Virus record (IMG/VR): IMGVR_UViG_3300042892_005961
Location: 1-64,000 of that record
Length of the DNA stretch: 64,000 nt
Strand: one strand, 5' to 3'
A program made the translations under genes and the position numbers. The notes beneath the pieces are model-generated. The model worked only from the letters and a program-made list of their open reading frames with translations, did no database searches and had not been told where the DNA came from. Shown here piece by piece: positions 55,844 through 64,000 of this stretch; the first letter of the stretch is position 1; each line of letters opens with the position of its first letter.

Positions 55844-56511
55844 TATCTTTTTCTTATTAAAATTATTCCATTAAGGAAGGTTATTGATTCTATATCAGTT
55901 CTACAATCAGGTTGTACTTTATTTGAATATGGTATTAGTTTATCTTCTCGTCGATCCCATACTGCGGCTTGATCATCTAAGTTCTCAACACCTCTAAAGT
56001 TAATATCATCCGTTAATTTCTTGAAGTATTCCATCATACTCTTAGGGTCATTTAAACCTCCACCGTACCAAGGGAAATAGGATGTTGCAACATCTTCAAC
56101 AATGTACATACCACCCGATTTAACGTATTGAAATAGTGTTTTAAATGAATAAATAACATGTTCATTCAAATGTGATCCGTCATCTAATATAAAATCAAAT
56201 GGACCATATTCATTTGAAATTTGATTTAAAAACTTATCATCATCTTGTGAACCTATTTCAACAAAAATTCTATCTTCCTCATATTTTTTACAATCAGGAT
56301 TGATGTCAATACCTAAAATATTAGAACGATAATAATAATCCTTCCAAGTTAATAGTGATTTACCATCTAAGACACCAATCTCCAATATGTTTAATTTATC
56401 ATATCTGTTAAATGGTAAATACTTTTCATATTTAACACAATAATTGTGATTGTCGGAAGACTTATCAGTTCCGTATACTTTAGCCAAATTATCTAATGTA
56501 CTCATTTCCAA
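55843..56511 (-). CDS. class I SAM methyltransferase (sugar O-methyltransferase-like)
   Basis: YGTDK, LEIGV, GIDI, GSQ, DFILDDGSH, GGMYIVED. Confidence 0.85.
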   Translation of the reverse strand: MEMSTLDNLAKVYGTDKSSDNHNYCVKYEKYLPFNRYDKLNILEIGVLDGKSLLTWKDYYYRSNILGIDINPDCKKYEEDRIFVEIGSQDDDKFLNQISNEYGPFDFILDDGSHLNEHVIYSFKTLFQYVKSGGMYIVEDVATSYFPWYGGGLNDPKSMMEYFKKLTDDINFRGVENLDDQAAVWDRREDKLIPYSNKVQPDCRTDIESITFLNGIILIRKR

Positions 56512-59237
56512 AAATATATCATTTGTAAACTGTTATTATTACCCATAAATAATAGATATGAATTGAATCCTAATCCATTCATTTTATTTATAAAATTTGT
56601 TCTTAATTCATCATCAAAATCAAAATGACTATGATGATATTCCATTGCTATGGTTTTAACTTTTTGTAAGTTCTCATCACTGATACCCGCAAATGCTGCA
56701 TGTTCTGCTCCTTCAATATCGACCTTAAGGAAATCAATATGATCCACCAAACCACTTTCAAAAAGATAGTTTAATGTATATGTTTTAACACTATATCCTT
56801 CCTGACCTTCAATACCAAAAACATTTGATCCTCCTAAGTGAGTACTCTCATATAAATTCAATTCTCCAATTTCATGTGCAGCAGCCGCATTAAATAATAT
56901 TGAACGTGGGTCAGCATTAAGTGACAGTAATTTAAAATATCGTCTATCTGGTTCAAATGAAATTACTTTACTCGCACCTTGATGATATGCCCACCTATTG
57001 AAGATACCCATATTACCTCCCAAATCAACCACAATATCTCCTTCATGTATTCTTCTTTCATTACCACCTTTATAGTAATCGTGTAAGTTAAAAATTTCAT
57101 GGTAGATAGCTCTTGCCCACCCATACTTATCTGCAACTTCAATGGTTCCACCTTGTACATCTTTAATATCACCTAAGTTCTCTAACTTATATGTGTTAAC
57201 ATCTAATGATGTGTAAAATTGTTCTGATTTATAAAAACTATTATCACGTTTCATCTTAATGAAGTCCATCATGAAATCAGACATCTGTGCATTCTTATTA
57301 CCGTGGAAATAAAGAATTTGATTCTTATCTTTTGGTATTGCTTGGTACCCAAATATTCTATTGAAATTCTGAGGTCCTTCCTCGTTCCAAAACTTTAAGA
57401 AATGATGTTGCGTTTCATTTGTCATTCCATCATCACCATCGTAAGATGATGTATCAAAATTTGATAGTGGTAAATGTTTTTTAAAGTTGTATTTCCATCT
57501 CATCACATTATCAATACCCTCATCGTTCCATAGGTATAAACGTTTGTAATCTTTACCTCCGTCTTCCATTACTTTTACATAATGACTAAGAATCTCTTCA
57601 AACCACCATTTACATTCTTTATTATAGATATACATACAAACGTGCATATAAGGTTGTTGTTTTTGAACTCCCCATTCTTTTGCAACTTGTTCGTTAAATA
57701 GTTGTGAATTTTTTCCATCATCATACCAACCAAAGAATTCTTCCTGAACATGTATATCGGATATCGGATAGTTTTCAATCTGTTTGAAATAAGATTTAAT
57801 ATTATCTACGTTGTAGTTTACGACAACATCACCATCCATCCAAACGTAATTATCAAATCCTTCATTAATAGATTCAATACATGCCATTTGTTTCCAATAC
57901 CATTTATCGTGTTCAGATATCTTTGGTGTTGTTATCGTTCTTTTGATAATATTTGGATAGTCAAATGGAACCTCACAATCAATACCGTATACTATAATCT
58001 TACGTTTAGAAAATTCTAATAATGATTGAACTAACTTTTCAATAACCGGCATGTATCCGATATTACCAGTTGTGATGAAAGCAAAGTCATCAAATTTATT
58101 TTCAAGTATATCTGAAGCACCCTTTGCAACAGTACTCCAATTAAACTCTTCATGTATTTCTTTTGATTCAACCACAGCAAATGATTTATGTCGTTTATAT
58201 TCGTTAAATGCACTTAACATTTGTTCTCCCAAATTATTCCAATCAGGTTCACAATATTCACCAGGGAAATCTTTATGTTCCACATTAGCAGGTTTTAATC
58301 CATCTATCTTTACAGGAATACCTTTACCTTCCGCAAACTGTAACTGACCTCCCCAATCTGAATAGATCGACGGTGTTCCACAAGCCATAGCTTCAATCAA
58401 CGGTAAGTTCCATCCTTCACTACGTGCACATGTAACAAACACATCACCCTCTTGCAAATATTTTACATATTCTTCCTGTGGTGTGAATTTTATAAACTTG
58501 ATATTCGTTGTATCTATGTTGTGATGTTTAACTCTTTCTTCGGTTGTTTTAAGTCCGTCAAATGGATATGGGTTTTCAACTGATGCAATTAACTCCACAT
58601 CATCTCTATCTTTAAATGTCTCACTAAACGCTCTTAAAACCTCTGTAGTTCCCTTTCTATAATCCCATCTACCAAAATGTAAGAACCTAAATTTGTCCTT
58701 CTTTGATGTCTTAGTTAACGGTTTAAATGTATCTACATCAACTCCCTCAGGAACTATTGATATTTTATGTGATGGATAACCCTGTTCAACCAAACAATCA
58801 AATTGCCATTGTGTTGGAACCCATACCTCGTCAAAGTAATGTAATCTTTTAAAGAAATTATCGGGATAACGTGTTGATTCCCAAACATTATAAGCTATTT
58901 TATAACCATCATAGTCATCATAAAAATAACGATTGTTAGTATCAACCAAAACAATATGAACGTCAGGTTTATAACCACCATCATATCCATAGATTGGGTA
59001 ATCCGATCTACTACCATCCGAATTATTAAGAGTTTGAAGAATTAACATATCCTTCATCTCATCTGTAATATAAGGTTCATTATCGTGTGGGGTATCATTC
59101 ATACCCTTCCAACCACCTCCGATTGTTGAATTCCTAACTTTAACTGTGTGGTATTTGTTCAGAGCACAAAAAAAGGACTTTGCGTGATTAGCATATCCTG
59201 TTACTCCGATAAAACATGTATGTGCAAGTATTTTCAT
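56502..59237 (-). CDS. fusion: GT4 glycosyltransferase + GT-A-like domain + FkbM methyltransferase
   Basis: TGYANH, RKG, SEGWNLPLIEAMACG; central WMDGD; C-terminal VVDLGGNMG, SFEP, LKVDIEGAE. Confidence 0.85.
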   Translation of the reverse strand: MKILAHTCFIGVTGYANHAKSFFCALNKYHTVKVRNSTIGGGWKGMNDTPHDNEPYITDEMKDMLILQTLNNSDGSRSDYPIYGYDGGYKPDVHIVLVDTNNRYFYDDYDGYKIAYNVWESTRYPDNFFKRLHYFDEVWVPTQWQFDCLVEQGYPSHKISIVPEGVDVDTFKPLTKTSKKDKFRFLHFGRWDYRKGTTEVLRAFSETFKDRDDVELIASVENPYPFDGLKTTEERVKHHNIDTTNIKFIKFTPQEEYVKYLQEGDVFVTCARSEGWNLPLIEAMACGTPSIYSDWGGQLQFAEGKGIPVKIDGLKPANVEHKDFPGEYCEPDWNNLGEQMLSAFNEYKRHKSFAVVESKEIHEEFNWSTVAKGASDILENKFDDFAFITTGNIGYMPVIEKLVQSLLEFSKRKIIVYGIDCEVPFDYPNIIKRTITTPKISEHDKWYWKQMACIESINEGFDNYVWMDGDVVVNYNVDNIKSYFKQIENYPISDIHVQEEFFGWYDDGKNSQLFNEQVAKEWGVQKQQPYMHVCMYIYNKECKWWFEEILSHYVKVMEDGGKDYKRLYLWNDEGIDNVMRWKYNFKKHLPLSNFDTSSYDGDDGMTNETQHHFLKFWNEEGPQNFNRIFGYQAIPKDKNQILYFHGNKNAQMSDFMMDFIKMKRDNSFYKSEQFYTSLDVNTYKLENLGDIKDVQGGTIEVADKYGWARAIYHEIFNLHDYYKGGNERRIHEGDIVVDLGGNMGIFNRWAYHQGASKVISFEPDRRYFKLLSLNADPRSILFNAAAAHEIGELNLYESTHLGGSNVFGIEGQEGYSVKTYTLNYLFESGLVDHIDFLKVDIEGAEHAAFAGISDENLQKVKTIAMEYHHSHFDFDDELRTNFINKMNGLGFNSYLLFMGNNNSLQMIYFWK

Positions 59238-59268
59238 TAACGATAATATAACGAAAATAAATGAAAAA

Positions 59269-60039
59269 TCAAATCAAATTTTGTATATTTTTTGATACGA
59301 AATCGTATAGTTTATGTGAGTAGGTTTTATTATGTATAGGACCTGGATGATAATTATCCACACCTAAATCTAAATATTCTCCGTAATCCCCATCAAACCT
59401 ATTAGGTTCATCATATTCAAGTGATTTTAATTCTCCACCATTCCAAATCCAATTACATTTTTTTGATTCTAAAAAATATTTTATTAATAAATGATTTTTA
59501 TACCAATTTATTGTGTCCTCATTATTATTTTGTAAATAAGTTAAATATTCTTGTGTTTTAATACCGTCATCCGTCTCCTTTAAATAACCCCAAGAAGTTG
59601 TTGGAATAAATGGTTCAATTCCACCATCTTCGGTATAAATTTCTCTTCTATGTGGGAATGTATACATTATTAAAACCAAATCTGGTTTAATCAAATCATA
59701 ATAACTCATTAAACATCTACATATAAAATCATTACTTCTTCCACCTGTTCCGAAATTAAAATTTACCGCATTTTCCATATGACTACAAAATTGTGCAGGC
59801 CAAGTTTCATTATCATTTACACCAACTCCTTCCGTAATTGAACAACCCAAAGACATTACTTTAAATCCTTCTTTTTTTATACTATCCCCCCTAAATCCTA
59901 ATTCATTATAGGTGTATGTACATAAACCTGTATTATCTGATCCCGATGTTGTATATGTTCTGCCGACCCTTTCTTTTAGAGAATATTTATAAGATGATAT
60001 TTCAAATCCTTCTGGATTCCAATATTTTATTACTTTCAT
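59269..60039 (-). CDS. SGNH/GDSL-like protein
   Basis: YNELGFRG, LGCSITEG, GRSND, YHPG; ends QNLI. Confidence 0.7.
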   Translation of the reverse strand: MKVIKYWNPEGFEISSYKYSLKERVGRTYTTSGSDNTGLCTYTYNELGFRGDSIKKEGFKVMSLGCSITEGVGVNDNETWPAQFCSHMENAVNFNFGTGGRSNDFICRCLMSYYDLIKPDLVLIMYTFPHRREIYTEDGGIEPFIPTTSWGYLKETDDGIKTQEYLTYLQNNNEDTINWYKNHLLIKYFLESKKCNWIWNGGELKSLEYDEPNRFDGDYGEYLDLGVDNYHPGPIHNKTYSHKLYDFVSKNIQNLI

Positions 60040-60536
60040 ATTAATTTATTTATATCAAATTTTACATGTTCACTTTGTAAAAACCAAAGTAATGAGTATC
60101 TTTCCCCACTTAAAATAGGTGTAATTTCATGTTCAATTCTCACATCAAATAAATAAGTATTTCCCATTTCTTTATTTAACATATATTCATTTGGATTATA
60201 TAATTTAAAATCTCCTCCCTCAAAGTCATCATTTAATAAAACTCCCACCGCATATACTCTATTATTTCTAATATCATTATGTTTTCCAAACCAATCACCA
60301 TTTGTAAATTTATGAAAATGTATTGTTTTTTTTATTGTTCCAATTTTAATGTTTGTTTCTTTTTCCACAAAAACCTTCAACTTATCAAATAACCAAATAG
60401 TATTTTTATTATATTCTATGCTCGTTGATTCATATATTCTATCTTTATAGTTCCAATTTTGTTTTTTTGATTTTGTTATATCAATAATAGATTGACACTC
60501 TTGTTGATTAAATAATATTTTTTGTATTAAAATCAT
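60036..60536 (-). CDS. 2OG-Fe(II) oxygenase (prolyl-4-hydroxylase-like)
   Basis: HND, LNDDFEGG, HEITPI.SGERYSL; ends NKLI. Confidence 0.85.
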   Translation of the reverse strand: MILIQKILFNQQECQSIIDITKSKKQNWNYKDRIYESTSIEYNKNTIWLFDKLKVFVEKETNIKIGTIKKTIHFHKFTNGDWFGKHNDIRNNRVYAVGVLLNDDFEGGDFKLYNPNEYMLNKEMGNTYLFDVRIEHEITPILSGERYSLLWFLQSEHVKFDINKLI

Positions 60537-61162
60537 AATAACATTTTATTTTTCTTTTTAAATTTATTTATAAATAAATCGGATAATTGTAGATGACCAT
60601 TTTCACTAAAATGCCAATCATTTAATTCACCATTTGTTTCTATAAATATGGTTTCAAATTTATTTAAAAACATACAATCCAATCGTTGGTCAAATGGTGT
60701 CCAATGAATTATTTTTTTATCTAAATTGTTTAATAATTTAATCCAACTATTTACTTCATTACAATATCTTATATCATCTCTGTTTAAAAGAATCTCAATA
60801 AGAGTAGATTCGGATATTTTTGTTTTGTCAATTTCTTTAGTTGAAAATTTATCGTAATTTGGTAAAATTGTTATCCAATCATTAGAAACTAACCTAAATC
60901 TCAACGGAGATGACCATCCAATTATTACTAAATCGTTTTTTTTAATATTTTTTACGTTATCACAAAATTTTTGTAATATAGAATAATTGTCAGATGCATT
61001 ATCAGCTAGATTAATTAATTCTAAATTTAATTTTTGTGAAATGATTTCACTAAACCCTTTTGGTGTATAACCTTTCCAATTTACATAATTATTTGTCCAA
61101 TTAGATTCAAATGAAAATCCAGCAGAAAAACTATCTCCAAATATATAAAGTTTTTGTTTCAT
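60533..61162 (-). CDS. SGNH/GDSL-like protein
   Basis: FGDSFS, ASDN, DWHFSENGH; ends KMLL. Confidence 0.7.
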   Translation of the reverse strand: MKQKLYIFGDSFSAGFSFESNWTNNYVNWKGYTPKGFSEIISQKLNLELINLADNASDNYSILQKFCDNVKNIKKNDLVIIGWSSPLRFRLVSNDWITILPNYDKFSTKEIDKTKISESTLIEILLNRDDIRYCNEVNSWIKLLNNLDKKIIHWTPFDQRLDCMFLNKFETIFIETNGELNDWHFSENGHLQLSDLFINKFKKKNKMLL

Positions 61163-61176
61163 TTAAATTAAATAAT

Positions 61177-61764
61177 TTATATTAGATGCATTTTTTCTAA
61201 TATATCTCTTTTCAATATAGTTAAAACAATTGACCACCTTTCACCATCAACTATTTCTTTTATTTCATGTAAGGTTGTGGCATCATATGCAATCGCATTG
61301 CCCACTTCTTTACTTAACAAAATTTCTTTATTGTTTTCATCGTAACAAATATATTCACCACCAATATAATTGTCATTTAATTGTATTCCCAAATTCCATC
61401 TTCTATTTGGAAAGTTACTATTAAAATCCATATGTTTCATAAATGAATCACCTTTTGAATACTTGTGTAGTGAACAACCAACTGGCTTATTATCGGGATT
61501 ACGTTCAACTTTTGAAACCATTAAAAACCAACTAAAAAGTTTTTCAAACATCCATTCCGATTCTGTATCATTTACTATATCCCAAACATTAAAAAATTTT
61601 CCCAATTTTTTACCATTCTCCATTTTTGTAAATTCGTTAATTCTTCTATTATCCAAATCTAATCTATATTCTGATTTTCTAAATGGTAAATCGGTATAAA
61701 TTTTTGTATATGATAATATTTTATCACATTCTTCTTTTGTAAATATTTTTTCTTGATAAATCAT
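61177..61764 (-). CDS. 2OG-Fe(II) oxygenase
   Basis: HMD, LNDNYIGG, HEIKEIVDGERWS; ends KMHLI. Confidence 0.85.
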   Translation of the reverse strand: MIYQEKIFTKEECDKILSYTKIYTDLPFRKSEYRLDLDNRRINEFTKMENGKKLGKFFNVWDIVNDTESEWMFEKLFSWFLMVSKVERNPDNKPVGCSLHKYSKGDSFMKHMDFNSNFPNRRWNLGIQLNDNYIGGEYICYDENNKEILLSKEVGNAIAYDATTLHEIKEIVDGERWSIVLTILKRDILEKMHLI

Positions 61765-61774
61765 ATTAATTTAA

Positions 61775-62251
61775 TTATATAATATTTTTTATTTTTTTAC
61801 TAACCCATACTACCATCATCTCTCTACGGCCTGATTTTATCTCTTTAACTTCATGATATTCTTTCTGTCCATCGAATACTACCACATCTCCTTTTTTAAA
61901 GGGAATTAAATTGTCATTAACATATAACTCCCCTCCTTCGAAACTATCATTTAACATAATCAAATACGTTTTATTTGCTTTAATATCTAGATGTTTTTTG
62001 GCATAATAACCGGATTCATATTTAATATAGTGTAATGAATATATTATTTCATCTTCTTCTAATGTTACATATTTTAATAATGTATCAACTAATATCTTAT
62101 TAGTTAAATCACAATAAAATATTTCTTTTAAATGAATTACATTTTTAAAATCGTGATATGATTTTATTTTTTTATTTTCATTTCCAAAATTATAATTTTT
62201 TAACATTATATCAATGTCATCATAATTAATTTTATTTTTAAATATATTCAT
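61775..62251 (-). CDS. 2OG-Fe(II) oxygenase
   Basis: HLD, LNDSFEGG, HEVKEIKSGRR; ends KNII. Confidence 0.85.
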   Translation of the reverse strand: MNIFKNKINYDDIDIMLKNYNFGNENKKIKSYHDFKNVIHLKEIFYCDLTNKILVDTLLKYVTLEEDEIIYSLHYIKYESGYYAKKHLDIKANKTYLIMLNDSFEGGELYVNDNLIPFKKGDVVVFDGQKEYHEVKEIKSGRREMMVVWVSKKIKNII

Positions 62252-62257
62252 TATGTA

Positions 62258-62815
62258 CTAAATAAGTGTTTTTGTTTTATTAATTCTATATTTGTTACCA
62301 ATTGGAAATCCTATATTTTTAACTTCTTCTATATTAAGATAATTAACAATTTTTTTAAATCCATTATTATAATATAATTCTTCGTAAGAAATTGTAAAAA
62401 AATCTTTATTAACATATTTTTCTTTAAATTCAGATTTTAATATCTTAAAATATTCTGTTTTTTCTTTGGTAATTGAATTTTCTGATGTTTTATAAACATA
62501 TGGTAGATGCCAGTTATCCGTATTTACCGCATTTAAAAATGATTCCAATTGTTCTTGTGTATTTTCTCTATATAGTACAATAATTTTATCGGATACATTT
62601 AACAATGAATTCCAATTTAAAGTAGGATAATATATTTCTTTAATACAAAGATGTTTAGTTTTATATTTATAATCTTTTGGGTCAATATTATTTTGAAACC
62701 ATTTACTATTAGGATTTTCCGGTTCAAATAGTGTGGTAAAGTTTTTATTAAAATAAAACCAATTCGTAAGATTTGTTGAACCACTTCTCGGTTCTGCTAA
62801 AATTGTGATAATCAT
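62258..62815 (-). CDS. sulfotransferase-like (Stf0-like) protein
   Basis: LAEPRSGST, FEP, LYREN, ISYEELY; ends KTKTLI. Confidence 0.7.
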   Translation of the reverse strand: MIITILAEPRSGSTNLTNWFYFNKNFTTLFEPENPNSKWFQNNIDPKDYKYKTKHLCIKEIYYPTLNWNSLLNVSDKIIVLYRENTQEQLESFLNAVNTDNWHLPYVYKTSENSITKEKTEYFKILKSEFKEKYVNKDFFTISYEELYYNNGFKKIVNYLNIEEVKNIGFPIGNKYRINKTKTLI

Positions 62816-62833
62816 ATTAATAATATTTTTATA

Positions 62834-63421
62834 TTAAAGTATTGTTTTTTTTTCCTTTAAAATCGGAAAATCAAATAATACATTTGCGGCAATTACAATT
62901 CTATCGATAGTAGAATTAATTGAAGTATCAGGTCTATGATATACATCTGCAGGGAAAATAACAAGTTCATTTTCTTCTGGTAAAAACATCCTTTGTACAT
63001 TATCTTCTTTATCCATAAAAAATAATTTACCATCGTTCCCAGTTAAATTATTTGGCATTTGTACATAATAAGTGAATGTGCAATTGCTTTCTATTGATTT
63101 TTTTACATGTGGAGCAAACATTGTGTGGTTATGATAATGAGATTGTGTATCCTCATCCCTAGAAATAAAAATCCAAGAATATAAACAATAATCAACTTCT
63201 TCAACTTTTTTATCTTTTTTAAATAATTCTATACATCTCTTAACACCATAATTTAAAATAAAATCAATTTCTTTACATGTTAATACTATGTTAGTTTGAA
63301 TACCTGGTGTCAGATGTGATGGTTCATAATTAAATAATGATACGTTTTGATATATTTTTTTTATCAAAATTTCTTTTTCATATGGATATTTTATTTTTTC
63401 TCTATATATTTTATCAATCAT
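62834..63421 (-). CDS. 2OG-Fe(II) oxygenase-like (cupin) protein
   Basis: HNH, TYYVQMP, GKLFF, VIFPADVYH, RIVIAAN; ends KKTIL. Confidence 0.75.
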   Translation of the reverse strand: MIDKIYREKIKYPYEKEILIKKIYQNVSLFNYEPSHLTPGIQTNIVLTCKEIDFILNYGVKRCIELFKKDKKVEEVDYCLYSWIFISRDEDTQSHYHNHTMFAPHVKKSIESNCTFTYYVQMPNNLTGNDGKLFFMDKEDNVQRMFLPEENELVIFPADVYHRPDTSINSTIDRIVIAANVLFDFPILKEKKTIL

Positions 63422-63999
63422 AGTAAACTAATTATATTTTTTGTTTTAAGATTTGTTTCATAAATCCACCCACTTATAGAATATCTTTTATAATTTTTAT
63501 CAATAATTTCATCTACACAATGTAAATCTTTTATATTTTCAACATCAAAAATATTTAAACTATTAAATTTGGGTAATAATTTGTATGTAATATTATTTTT
63601 ATCATCTATGAAGTTTAAGCAACCACCTTTTTTTTCATCTGCATCTTTTGTTAAATTGTAAACAAAAGCATATTTTCTACCCAAAGATACATCGTTATGT
63701 GGAGATAAAAAATGGCCATATGTATATTTTGAGACAAATACACTCTGTGCTGTAAAAAACTTATCTTCTAACAATTTACTAATTTCTAATTCCAAATTTA
63801 ATAGAAAAAATAAGTTTTGTATAAATTCTTTGTTTTCAATACTACTATACCAATATGAAAATTCACCTTCTTTAAATTTTGATTTTTCATATTCATAAGA
63901 TTTTTTATGTTTTGAATTTGTAATCCAATCAGTTTGAGAATCGATTATATCATATACATTATTTGCAATACCATCAGATAAAAAATTTTCTATTTGTAT
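63418..63999 (-). CDS. 2OG-Fe(II) oxygenase (5' end outside the window)
   Basis: Frame is open from 63999 (IQIENFLSDG...); HND, GGCL, HCV, RYSISGW; ends KNIISLL. Confidence 0.8.
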   Translation of the reverse strand: MQIENFLSDGIANNVYDIIDSQTDWITNSKHKKSYEYEKSKFKEGEFSYWYSSIENKEFIQNLFFLLNLELEISKLLEDKFFTAQSVFVSKYTYGHFLSPHNDVSLGRKYAFVYNLTKDADEKKGGCLNFIDDKNNITYKLLPKFNSLNIFDVENIKDLHCVDEIIDKNYKRYSISGWIYETNLKTKNIISLL

Positions 64000-64000
64000 T

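Noticed and set aside
1-64000. Stop-codon reassignment, as seen in some large Bacteroidota phages
   Set aside because: Recognisable genes are full length and tile densely under the standard code.
1-64000. tRNA or rRNA genes
   Set aside because: No cloverleaf or rRNA-like sequence noticed and intergenic gaps are short; tRNAscan was not run.

Overview
AT-rich, gene-dense 64 kb segment of a large (jumbo-type) tailed dsDNA phage, standard genetic code. The host is probably a Bacteroidota, because Bacteroidota-type TTTG-N18-20-TAnnTTTG promoters recur upstream of genes. Most genes are on the minus strand; a plus-strand glycosylation operon spans ~40.1-50.9 kb. Contents: glycosyltransferases and sugar-nucleotide enzymes, 8 SGNH-like paralogues, ~7 2OG-Fe(II) oxygenases, 3 sulfotransferase-like proteins, IscU/IscA/ferredoxin, cyclophilin, a stand-alone DnaA domain IV, an SF2 helicase, an HNH endonuclease cassette, and a Ser/Gly-repeat tail fibre next to a TibC/Aah-like heptosyltransferase. 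No tRNA, rRNA or CRISPR array was seen. The best candidate for a new system is the 508-aa protein at 27267-28793, which reads as a circularly permuted ATP-grasp ligase, then a C-terminally self-cleaving Hint domain, then a 44-aa 8-Cys peptide. Alongside it, ~15 proteins, almost all tailoring-type enzymes of unrelated folds, share a basic-then-two-hydrophobic C-terminal tail (KTLF, KTLI, KKLI, KKII, KNII). Also notable are a family of unrelated small proteins sharing an N-terminal F-K-F-F motif, one of which carries an isolated fragment of a T4-like major capsid protein. All family calls come from motif recognition by eye, not database searches.
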